Of a stretch of 64,000 nucleotides of DNA, positions 7,947-15,400 are shown one piece after another. Each line of letters begins with the position of its first letter. The first letter of the stretch is position 1. The DNA lies in NCBI GenBank assembly GCA_027859235.1, contig JAQIBE010000103.1, positions 4,321-68,320 on the forward strand, read 5' to 3'. The notes beneath the pieces are model-generated. The model made no database searches, was not told where the DNA came from, and saw nothing but the letters and a program-made list of their open reading frames with translations. The translations under genes and the position numbers were made by a program. The stretch comes from Desulfobulbaceae bacterium. Its GTDB lineage: Bacteria > Desulfobacterota > Desulfobulbia > Desulfobulbales > SURF-16.

Positions 7947-8948
7947 CTACTCTGCTGGCCAATAGAGCCGGACAAGCGGGATCAGGGCGCGGCCTTCCAG
8001 GTCAAAGTTCTCATAATGAGTGACCACCAGGTTGGCCAGCTCGTCAAGGTCAAGCAGGGTGAGAGGGACATTGGCCCGGTCTGCCTCATACTTGGCATCT
8101 TTGGTAAAGCCGCCTGTGCTGATGTAGAGGGCACGGTCACCTTCTCTGAGGCCACCAAGAAAACTTCTAATATTCTGGGAGCCCATGGCAGATCCTTGTC
8201 GATGTTTGACCTCTGCCTTAATACGGGGTTCTTCCAGGCCTAAGCCATCGGGTGAGGCAAAGACATCCACACCCCGGTCCGGACCTTTAGGTGAAATGCG
8301 GGTACGATACCCCATGCCACGCAGGATGGCGGCGGTCAGCTCCTCCATCTCATCGGCAGAGAGGGCAAGGATCTTGTCCTTGATAAACTCATGGGCCTTG
8401 CCCACCATCTCCTGACGGATCTCGTCCAGAGTGGTCTTTTCATCTTCCAGGCTTTCGTTGCCACTTTCAGGGGATTTCCCACCCTGTAAGGCAGACTGAA
8501 TGTCGGCCCAGACATCTTCGTTAACGGCAAAGAGGGTGAGGGTACTGCCTAAGGAGTTACGAGAGCTGGTTGACAGGTCATCACGTTTGACCCGGCTTTG
8601 CCAATCAACCTCCCTGATATGGGGATAATCTTTGGCAACACCAGGTTTGTATTGGTATTCACTTTTAATGACGCCAACAAGGTATTCACGTTGGCCAGGA
8701 TCGTATGAAATGACGTGGTCGCCGACTTGGACGACAGAACGAAACTTATGAAACATGGCAACAGAGTTGCCGATGGCACCCTTGCGCTCATTGGGGTAGG
8801 TCTGCTTGATGGATTGACGGATTTTCTCAAGTTCGCTGACCTGGCTCATATCCCCCAGCTCTATCCAGCCTACAGCCACATAGCCTTTGGCAAAACTACC
8901 GATAAGTCGTCCACCCTCACCGGCCCGAATCATCCAGACATTTTTCAT
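7947..8948 (-). CDS. mrr: Mrr-family restriction endonuclease (N-terminal DNA-binding-type domain plus C-terminal Mrr_cat PD-(D/E)xK domain)
   Basis: The C-terminal block [60 protein letters not shown] is the classic Mrr catalytic core (D...E-x-K). Confidence 0.8.
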   Translation of the reverse strand: MKNVWMIRAGEGGRLIGSFAKGYVAVGWIELGDMSQVSELEKIRQSIKQTYPNERKGAIGNSVAMFHKFRSVVQVGDHVISYDPGQREYLVGVIKSEYQYKPGVAKDYPHIREVDWQSRVKRDDLSTSSRNSLGSTLTLFAVNEDVWADIQSALQGGKSPESGNESLEDEKTTLDEIRQEMVGKAHEFIKDKILALSADEMEELTAAILRGMGYRTRISPKGPDRGVDVFASPDGLGLEEPRIKAEVKHRQGSAMGSQNIRSFLGGLREGDRALYISTGGFTKDAKYEADRANVPLTLLDLDELANLVVTHYENFDLEGRALIPLVRLYWPAE

Positions 8949-9842
8949 TATCGCCTCTCTGTGCCCTTATCAGCATGGCAACGTGTACCATATTTTCACA
9001 TGTAAAAAATAGACCTGGGATCAATCAAATACACAGAAACAACACTTCCGCACATCACAGGCCAATTCCTCACAAAAAAATCCCTTCACATATGAACATA
9101 TTTATCATTGATGTCAAAGGGATATACGTAATAAAGATATGACATGGAGAAGAGCAGCTGCTCGCAAAATAATCACTGAGGGGAGTTTGTCAGGGGCCTG
9201 CAATACGTAGCTTACGTATGACGACATCAGCTATTTCCTACGCATGTGATTTCTGGTGTGTTTTTTTCTTTGTCATAGAGTGTATGAGCTCCCCTTGCCG
9301 CTGGTACGAAACCTCACCATAGCTCAGGAAGGTTGTTAACACTTTTTCATGGCCGAGATTCTGACTCCATGCCTTAAACACTTCAGGGGTATGGCAGACC
9401 TTTTCGCCTAATTACACAAGAATGCCAAAAAGAACTACTAAAGATTTCCACCTCATTAAACCTTGTGGTGGCAAGGGTTGTAGGGGAGCTTGAGGGAAGA
9501 TAGGGCCGCCGCTGTATATGCGGGCCTTGGTTAAAAGCGCAATTGACCGCCCCATAAGGGGAAACGAGCAAAAAGCAAAAAAGGTGGAAGTCGCCCATGG
9601 AAGTCGAAAATATGAGACAAAGCACGAAGAGCCTTTATCACACACCCCCCTAACAGTCGTTATAATACTGTATGTGATCCTATAACACGTGCTGCTGCTG
9701 AGAAAAGAAAGGTTATGTTAAACCTCCCTCATATTAAGCAGAAACAAACTCTATGGGCGACGAGGCAAGGTTGCAGGCAAAATCTAATTTTTTTCCTGAT
9801 TGTCTCTAAATCAGAGCAGATATAGACCAAGCCTGACATTCA

Positions 9843-9905
9843 CAGTAGGAAGGTTAACTTAGGGTGAATTGAGAAATCCCTGAGGTTGGATGTGGCAATG
9901 TTAAT
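9843..9905. repeat. Copy 2 of the ~63-bp direct repeat (partner at 3361-3423)
   Basis: Same alignment as for 3361-3423. This copy is immediately followed by the 178-bp composite repeat. Confidence 0.9.
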
Positions 9906-9909
9906 GTGT

Positions 9910-10087
9910 GAGATAACCGGCTTGCCAACCAGTTGGCTACCAAGTTTAAACGGTTATAATTATTAAAACCCACTCAAGAGAACGCGCGTGCTCGCAAGTC
10001 GGGCTGATTAACTTATTATGTGATTTCAATAAGTTATATTGTTTTTTGGTCAAGCTAGTGTGGAACTTTTCGCACTTCAATGTTGAA
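9910..10087 (-). repeat. 178-bp composite repeat, inverted copy (partner at 11771-11948)
   Basis: The reverse complement aligns end to end with 11771-11948. Three blocks are conserved: TTCAAC-N-TTGAAGTGCGA, ACTTGCGAGCACGCGCGTTCT, and TAACCGTTTRARCTTGGTAGCCAACTGGTTGGCAAGCCGGTTATCTC. The stretches between them are variable. Confidence 0.85.
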
Positions 10088-10150
10088 ACAAAATTGCTCT
10101 AGCCACTTAGTCTGGTGGTTCCTAAAAGTTTTAAAGCTGTATTTTTTATT

Positions 10151-10972
10151 CTAGAGCTTCTTTTCATACTTAAAAACTTTCTCACTCCTTATGTCACTGT
10201 AAGTGTTTCTAATATAATTATCATTTTGTGGAACTGGAATATCCGAAAATTTAAGTGTGAAAAGGTTATCATCTTGGCGACAGTTTTTCCTACTACTGCC
10301 GAACAAACCTTTTTGACTGTAATAATAAAATTCACCTCCATAAAATGAAATTGACTGATTGTAGCTATATTGATCGTTAGCATGAAAACTTATTTCCATT
10401 TGTCCGATTATTGAGTCTGTTTTAATACCTGTTAGCCTAACGCTAATTTTTTTACTTATATATTCACTTGGAATATGAAACCCTTCTTTCCCTTCATTAC
10501 TCTTAATCTTAAAAACTCTAAACATAATAGTATATTCAATTATAGTCCTTATATGATTTCTTAAAGTATGATCATGTTGAGATAAAAAATTAAATTTACT
10601 ATTATATTTACTGGCTTGAGGGAACAAATGAGCTTTGCTGCAATTAAATGTTGACAGTTTAAAACTTTCAATGACTCTATCAGTTGTGGCATCTAAAAAC
10701 TCATTCCATGCTTTAATCTCTTGATCAGATATTGCATGTTTTAGATCTAGTATTTTTTGTTGCTGTATTCTATTTTCGTTTTCTTTTCTCAGTTCTAACT
10801 TTTTTATTTCATTTTCTTTTTCATTTTTGTTGATCCAACTATTGGAAATAGTCATTGTTTTGAAATTAGCAATTATTTTGATATTTTCATTTTTGATTAC
10901 ATCAAAGTTTGTTGATATGTCTTTGCCGTTAATGCTAATAACGCATTGGAGGGTCAGGTCTTGAAAAGCCAT
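10151..10972 (-). CDS. Hypothetical AT-rich orphan protein (274 aa from the ATG at 10972) with a central Lys/Glu/Asn-rich probable coiled coil
   Basis: Long ORF. The ORF-track N-terminal extension (to 11089) reads through repeat sequence and looks non-coding. MAFQDLTLQ is the first credible start. No family recognised. Confidence 0.6.
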   Translation of the reverse strand: MAFQDLTLQCVISINGKDISTNFDVIKNENIKIIANFKTMTISNSWINKNEKENEIKKLELRKENENRIQQQKILDLKHAISDQEIKAWNEFLDATTDRVIESFKLSTFNCSKAHLFPQASKYNSKFNFLSQHDHTLRNHIRTIIEYTIMFRVFKIKSNEGKEGFHIPSEYISKKISVRLTGIKTDSIIGQMEISFHANDQYSYNQSISFYGGEFYYYSQKGLFGSSRKNCRQDDNLFTLKFSDIPVPQNDNYIRNTYSDIRSEKVFKYEKKL

Positions 10973-11138
10973 ATTCTCAAATGGGGAAGGACCTGGGGTC
11001 AGGCTTCCAAGTTGACAAAGTAAGGAAAGAGACAGGCAAAAGAAAAAGTGGGGGTCAGGTCTTGCCCTTTGCACAACAAATAAATGCACCGGGTAAACCG
11101 GTGATTATCGCGTTATGCCCTAAAAATAAAACTTACGC

Positions 11139-11168
11139 TTGCACGCACTATCACCAGTACGGTATAAT
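11139..11168 (+). promoter_or_regulatory. Sigma70-type promoter candidate for the phd/parE pair
   Basis: TTGCAC (11139-11144), an 18-nt spacer, then TATAAT (11163-11168), about 27 nt upstream of the ATG at 11195. Confidence 0.45.
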
Positions 11169-11194
11169 GTACAAAACTCTACACAGGTGATACT

Positions 11195-11476
11195 ATGCAA
11201 AGATTAAGAATCGATCAAGACATTCGATCCATGTCAGAATTTAGAACTGGAATTGCCTCATTTCTCAAACAAGTTCACGACACCAAAAGACCTCTCATCA
11301 TTACCCAACATGGTAAAAGCGCTGCAGTCTTAGTCGACGTTGGTGAATATGAAGCCATGCAGGAAAAAATTGAATTATTAAGCGATATCCATACATCCAT
11401 GAGCCAAATTGAAAACGGCGAGGGAATTAACCATGCGACAGCGAAGGAAATGATCTTAAAGAGAATAGCCAAATGA
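11195..11476 (+). CDS. Type II antitoxin, Phd/YefM family
   Basis: MSEFRTGIASFLKQVHDTKRPLIITQHGKSAAVLVDVGEYEAMQEKIELL is the typical YefM/Phd N-terminal fold sequence. It overlaps the toxin gene by 4 nt (ATGA). Confidence 0.85.
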   Translation: MQRLRIDQDIRSMSEFRTGIASFLKQVHDTKRPLIITQHGKSAAVLVDVGEYEAMQEKIELLSDIHTSMSQIENGEGINHATAKEMILKRIAK

Positions 11477-11769
11477 AAATAATTTGGTCGCCACTAGCTA
11501 TCGATAGAGCAGCAGAAATAGCTGAATACATTTCCCTCGACAATTCCACTGCAGCCAACAAATGGATTGAAAAAATATTTGAAAAAGTCAAAGCCCTATC
11601 AACGTCACCAGAAGTTGGCAGAAAAGTACCAGAAATTAACCGAAAGGAAATTAGAGAATTAATTTTCGGAAATTACCGCATAATTTATAGGCTGGAGACT
11701 GCTAATATTTACATTCTCACTATCCGTCATGGCAAGCAGATATTACCTGTAGATGAAATAATGGTCTAG
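11473..11769 (+). CDS. Type II toxin, ParE/RelE superfamily
   Basis: The pattern IIWSPLAIDRAAEIAEYI...NYRIIYRLETANIYILTIRHGKQ is characteristic of ParE-like toxins. It is coupled to the upstream antitoxin. Confidence 0.85.
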   Translation: MKIIWSPLAIDRAAEIAEYISLDNSTAANKWIEKIFEKVKALSTSPEVGRKVPEINRKEIRELIFGNYRIIYRLETANIYILTIRHGKQILPVDEIMV

Positions 11770-11770
11770 C

Positions 11771-11948
11771 TTCAACTTTGAAGTGCGACAAAATTTAATA
11801 AAAAACCAGGCCACACCAACCTAAGTGCATGAAATTGCATAACAAATCAATCAACCCAACTTGCGAGCACGCGCGTTCTTTTAAGTCAGCTTCAACAATT
11901 TTAACCGTTTGAGCTTGGTAGCCAACTGGTTGGCAAGCCGGTTATCTC
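11771..11948 (+). repeat. 178-bp composite repeat, forward copy (partner at 9910-10087). It contains an attC-like bulged hairpin at 11902-11944.
   Basis: It starts 2 nt after the parE-like stop. In the hairpin, a continuous right arm GTTGGCAAGCCGGTTA pairs with TAACCG-[TTTGA]-GCTT-[GGTA]-GCCAAC, leaving two extrahelical bulges on one arm. Confidence 0.85.
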
Positions 11949-11977
11949 GGCGTTAGCACACAAAAAACCATAACGCC

Positions 11978-12005
11978 TTGCATTATTACCGAGAAGTGTT
12001 ATCAT
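11978..12005 (+). promoter_or_regulatory. Sigma70-type promoter candidate for higBA
   Basis: TTGCAT (11978-11983), a 16-nt spacer, then TATCAT (12000-12005), just upstream of the ATG at 12012. Confidence 0.35.
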
Positions 12006-12011
12006 CTAATT

Positions 12012-12293
12012 ATGATCAAGTCATTCCGGTGTAAAGAGACTCAAAAGATATTCGGCAGGAAATTCTCAAAAAAACTGCCGACAGAAATTCAAGAAACCGC
12101 CAGAATTAAATTGATCATCTTGGATGCGGCAACGTCAATAAACGACTTGAGGGTTCCGCCAGGCAATAGACTTGAAGAATTGAAAGAAAACAGAAAGGGT
12201 CAACATAGCATCAGAATTAACAACCAATGGCGTATCTGTTTTGAATGGAAAAACGGCAACACATTCAATGTAGAAATTGTTGACTATCACTAG
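12012..12293 (+). CDS. higB: Type II toxin HigB (RelE/ParE superfamily, plasmid-maintenance killer type)
   Basis: MIKSFRCKETQKIF...INDLRVPPGNRLEELKENRKGQHSIRINNQWRICFEW is the canonical HigB sequence pattern. The toxin-first gene order is typical of higBA. Confidence 0.85.
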   Translation: MIKSFRCKETQKIFGRKFSKKLPTEIQETARIKLIILDAATSINDLRVPPGNRLEELKENRKGQHSIRINNQWRICFEWKNGNTFNVEIVDYH

Positions 12294-12312
12294 AACGAAT
12301 GAGGTAAAAAAA

Positions 12313-12615
12313 ATGGAAACAAAATCACTACCTCCCATACATCCTGGCAAGATACTGCTCGAAGAATTCTTAGAGCCAATGGGTATCACACAATATCGCT
12401 TAGCCAAGGATACATCTGTGCCCCCAAGAAGAATAAATGAAATTGTTCATCAAAAACGTGCTATTACGGCAGATACAGCATTACGTTTAGGAGTTTTCTT
12501 CAACATGTCTCCTCACTTCTGGATGAACCTTCAAAGCAGATATGAACTGGAAAAAGCAGAAGATCAGCTTGAAGACAAGTTAATGAACGAAGTCCACCAA
12601 TACAAAACTGCATAA
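12313..12615 (+). CDS. higA: HigA antitoxin (XRE-type HTH)
   Basis: PIHPGKILLEEFLEPMGITQYRLAKDTSVPPRRINEIVHQKRAITADTALRLGVFF is the HigA/VapI HTH pattern. I prefer the ATG at 12313 (GAGG RBS) over the ORF-track start at 12277. Confidence 0.85.
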   Translation: METKSLPPIHPGKILLEEFLEPMGITQYRLAKDTSVPPRRINEIVHQKRAITADTALRLGVFFNMSPHFWMNLQSRYELEKAEDQLEDKLMNEVHQYKTA

Positions 12616-12632
12616 AACCAAATAAAATCAAA

Positions 12633-12700
12633 AGCTTCGTTCAACAATTCGCTCAAGCACGACGCGTGAGCACGCTAGTTTTAACGGCTTCGGCCAACTT
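12633..12700 (+). repeat. Degenerate, truncated third copy of the composite repeat at the island/backbone junction
   Basis: It shares AGCTTC-GTTCAACAATT, TTTTAACGG and GCCAACT with 11886-11925. It lacks the right arm (TGGTTGGCAAGCCGGTTATC) and carries a GC-rich hairpin insert, GCTCAAGCACGACGCGTGAGC. Confidence 0.5.
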
Positions 12701-12751
12701 ATTACAACCCGAACTTACTCAACCCCTGCTAGGCGCGCGTCTGCATGGCCC

Positions 12752-13522
12752 CTACTCAAGATGAATAAAGAGATCACCACGGGGGACCGCATTTTGCTGA
12801 TGCCCCTTTTGTCTGATGCGAAGGATTTTGCCGGAGGATGAGTGGGGCGGAATTTTGACACGAATTGTCTCTCCCTGCAAGCCTGTCATGACCTGAACCC
12901 ATGTGCCGTCAAAGAGCTCCTGCGGACTTAAGCTAATATGATAATGGAGATCGCCATTCGTCTGTTCGGGTTGCGGAGTAGACGAACCCTTCTGCGAACC
13001 GGAGAGCAGTGAGGCTACCCCCCGGGTGATGTTTTTTACCACGGGGTGGCCAACAAGCTGAGCCAGACCTGCTTTCGACGTTATTTTCCGACCTGCCATG
13101 GAACCGAAAATAGCAAGCCCGCCGAGGAGCAGTCCCTTCCCGCCAAACAGCGTCTGCTTAAAAAACTTCGCGTCAGCCCGCACGCCGCCCCGTTGAAAAT
13201 CCTGAAGGATCGTCTGAAAGAGTTGCTTGAAACGCGGGTCATTGAAGAGATCCCGCAAAATATCATCCTGGGAATACTGGAAGCCCCCGTTGGTCTTTGA
13301 CTGGCGAAACCCGGTGGATTTATAGCGGTCATACTCCCGTTTTTTCACCGGGTCGGTCAACACCCCATACGCCTCGGCAAGGTCCTTAAACTTTGCCTCC
13401 GCCGCAGGATTATCGGGATTGAGATCGGGATGATAGGCCATGGCACGTTTGCGGTACTGTTTCTTGATCTCCGCATCCGTTGCCCCTTTCTCCACCCCCA
13501 GGATCTGATAATAATCCTTCAC
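12752..13522 (-). CDS. J-domain protein (DnaJ/CbpA-like) with a Gly-rich hydrophobic middle segment and a short DnaJ-C-like tail
   Basis: The N-terminal sequence DYYQILGVEKGATDAEIKKQYRKRAMAYHPDLNPDNPAAEAKFKDLAEAYGVLTDPVKKREYD is a J domain with an HPD motif. The start overlaps the cobS stop by 4 nt. Confidence 0.85.
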   Translation of the reverse strand: MKDYYQILGVEKGATDAEIKKQYRKRAMAYHPDLNPDNPAAEAKFKDLAEAYGVLTDPVKKREYDRYKSTGFRQSKTNGGFQYSQDDILRDLFNDPRFKQLFQTILQDFQRGGVRADAKFFKQTLFGGKGLLLGGLAIFGSMAGRKITSKAGLAQLVGHPVVKNITRGVASLLSGSQKGSSTPQPEQTNGDLHYHISLSPQELFDGTWVQVMTGLQGETIRVKIPPHSSSGKILRIRQKGHQQNAVPRGDLFIHLE

Positions 13523-14268
13523 GTCAGCATGCCAAGGCAGAGCAGTCCGCCTAAAAGTCCACAGGCCTCACTCCACTCGGTCACCCCGCCAAGGACATCC
13601 CCTGTGACCCCGCCAAGGAGCTTATTGGCGCGCAGACGTAGAAAGAAGGCGGGAAGACAGGAACAGACTATCACCGCAAGACAGGGGAGAACAGCCAGAC
13701 AGAGGGGTGCCAGAAATAACGAGGATAAGAGCAGTTGCGGGAAGGTCACCTGACCAATGATAAAATGGCCCGTACCGGTATCACGGGGATAGGTGGCACG
13801 GGCGGCGGTGACGATCATCCAGAACCGCGCGGAGATCGGTGCCATAAGCAGAATCGGCAGACAGGAGAGCCCATAGTCAAAGAGATGAAAGAGCGTTGCT
13901 GTTTTCAGGAGGAGCAGAACAACCAGCGCCACCACGCCAAAGGCCCCGGTGGAGGAATCCTTCATGATTTCCAACCGCCGTCCAGGCTCTAGACTGCCGC
14001 CAAACCCATCAGCCAGATCAGCAACACCGTCAAGATGCAGACCACGGGTGAGCCAGGCCAGAAGACCTGTAACCGCAACCGCCAGCACAAGAGGCGGCGC
14101 ATGGAGCGTGAGAGCCGCCCAGGAAAAACCCGTAATAATGAGCCCAAGAACGAGGCCGGCAAAGGGAAAAAAGGTGACGGCACGACGCAGGTCAGCTGAG
14201 TCCACCGCACCAGGGTTAACCGGCAGGCAGGTCAAAAAAGACAACGCTAGTCCAATGGATTTAAACAC
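13519..14268 (-). CDS. cobS: Adenosylcobinamide-GDP ribazoletransferase (cobalamin synthase)
   Basis: Polytopic membrane protein. The N-terminus FLTCLPV and the block GLHLDGVADLADG are typical of CobS. It is adjacent to cobT. Confidence 0.85.
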   Translation of the reverse strand: MFKSIGLALSFLTCLPVNPGAVDSADLRRAVTFFPFAGLVLGLIITGFSWAALTLHAPPLVLAVAVTGLLAWLTRGLHLDGVADLADGFGGSLEPGRRLEIMKDSSTGAFGVVALVVLLLLKTATLFHLFDYGLSCLPILLMAPISARFWMIVTAARATYPRDTGTGHFIIGQVTFPQLLLSSLFLAPLCLAVLPCLAVIVCSCLPAFFLRLRANKLLGGVTGDVLGGVTEWSEACGLLGGLLCLGMLT

Positions 14269-14297
14269 GTCTCACCCCTGACACAGGACTCAAGACC

Positions 14298-15359
14298 TCA
14301 GACATGATTCACCCCGGCCTCACCAAAGGTGGCCATTTGCGTCATAATTTTCACCCCGGCCTCGATAATAGACATGGCCAGGGCTGCCCCCGTACCTTCG
14401 CCAAGACGAAGTCCTAAATGGAGGAGAGGTTCAGCCCCGATCTCTGCAAAAAAGAGCCGGTGGCCCTGTTCAGCGGACATATGACTGAAAAAACAATAGT
14501 CAACCACATGCGGGTTCAGCCGCATGGCACATAACGCCCCGGCGCTGGAGATGAAACCATCCACCACCACCGGAATTCGGGCCCGGGCCGCCTCGAGAAT
14601 CAGGCCGCATATCCCGGCAATCTCAAGACCTCCCAAGGCGGCAAGTGTTGCCACGGGTGAGGTACAGCGAGCCTGATTCACCGCCAGGGCATCGGCAATG
14701 ACCTGCACCTTATGGGCCAGAGCCTCATCACTGATCCCGGTACCCCGTCCCGTTACCTCCAGGGGTTCAAGGTCCAGGAACTGGGCAAATAACGCGGCCG
14801 ACGGTGTGGTGTTGCCGATCCCCATATCACCCGTCCCAAGAAGCCCTGCACCGTCGTCAATGGCCGCGCGGGCTGCTCGGATCCCGGCATGAATAGAGGC
14901 CAGTGCCTCCTCTTCTGACATGGCAGGCCCAATGCGAATATTATCCGTACCCGCCTTGACCTTGGACTGAATGAGCCCCTCGCCAACAATCGGCACCGCG
15001 ACTCCCACATCCACCACCCGGACCTCGGCGCCGACATGGTTGGCCAGGACATTCACCCCGGCCCCGCCTGCGAGAAAATTGGCCACCATCTGCGGGGTGA
15101 CCTCGGCCGGAACAGCGCTCACCCCTTCGGCAACAACACCATGGTCACCGGCAAAGGTGATGATTATTTTTTTGGAGACATCAGGCGTTATCGTCCGGCG
15201 AATACCCGCCACCCGCCATGCACACTCCTCAAGCCTGCCGAGGGCACCAAGGGGTTTTGTCAGATTATCCAGCCGCGTCCGGGCCTTATCCTGAAAGACC
15301 TGGTCAACGGGGCTGATTGCTTTGAGATGGGCAGTAAGATCGTTATAAGTAAATGGCAT
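14298..15359 (-). CDS. cobT: Nicotinate-nucleotide--dimethylbenzimidazole phosphoribosyltransferase
   Basis: The blocks LTKPLGALGRLE, FAGDHGV, GDMGIGNTT and GEGTGAA are conserved CobT motifs. Confidence 0.9.
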   Translation of the reverse strand: MPFTYNDLTAHLKAISPVDQVFQDKARTRLDNLTKPLGALGRLEECAWRVAGIRRTITPDVSKKIIITFAGDHGVVAEGVSAVPAEVTPQMVANFLAGGAGVNVLANHVGAEVRVVDVGVAVPIVGEGLIQSKVKAGTDNIRIGPAMSEEEALASIHAGIRAARAAIDDGAGLLGTGDMGIGNTTPSAALFAQFLDLEPLEVTGRGTGISDEALAHKVQVIADALAVNQARCTSPVATLAALGGLEIAGICGLILEAARARIPVVVDGFISSAGALCAMRLNPHVVDYCFFSHMSAEQGHRLFFAEIGAEPLLHLGLRLGEGTGAALAMSIIEAGVKIMTQMATFGEAGVNHV

Positions 15360-15400
15360 TTTTTTTATGACTTCAAATTATATTTTTTAAAAGACAACAT

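Noticed and set aside
9383-9645. Two overlapping 77-80-aa minus-strand ORFs in the ORF-free region
   Set aside because: Their composition is implausible (Cys/Phe/Ser/Pro-rich), they overlap each other in different frames, and they have no RBS. They are probably spurious.
12752-13522. J-domain protein as the co-chaperone partner of the island Hsp70-fold ATPase
   Set aside because: It is about 7 kb away and separated by unrelated cassettes. Its composition looks like the backbone, and it is translationally coupled to cobS. Adjacency to the island edge is most simply coincidence, though it could be tested by interaction prediction.
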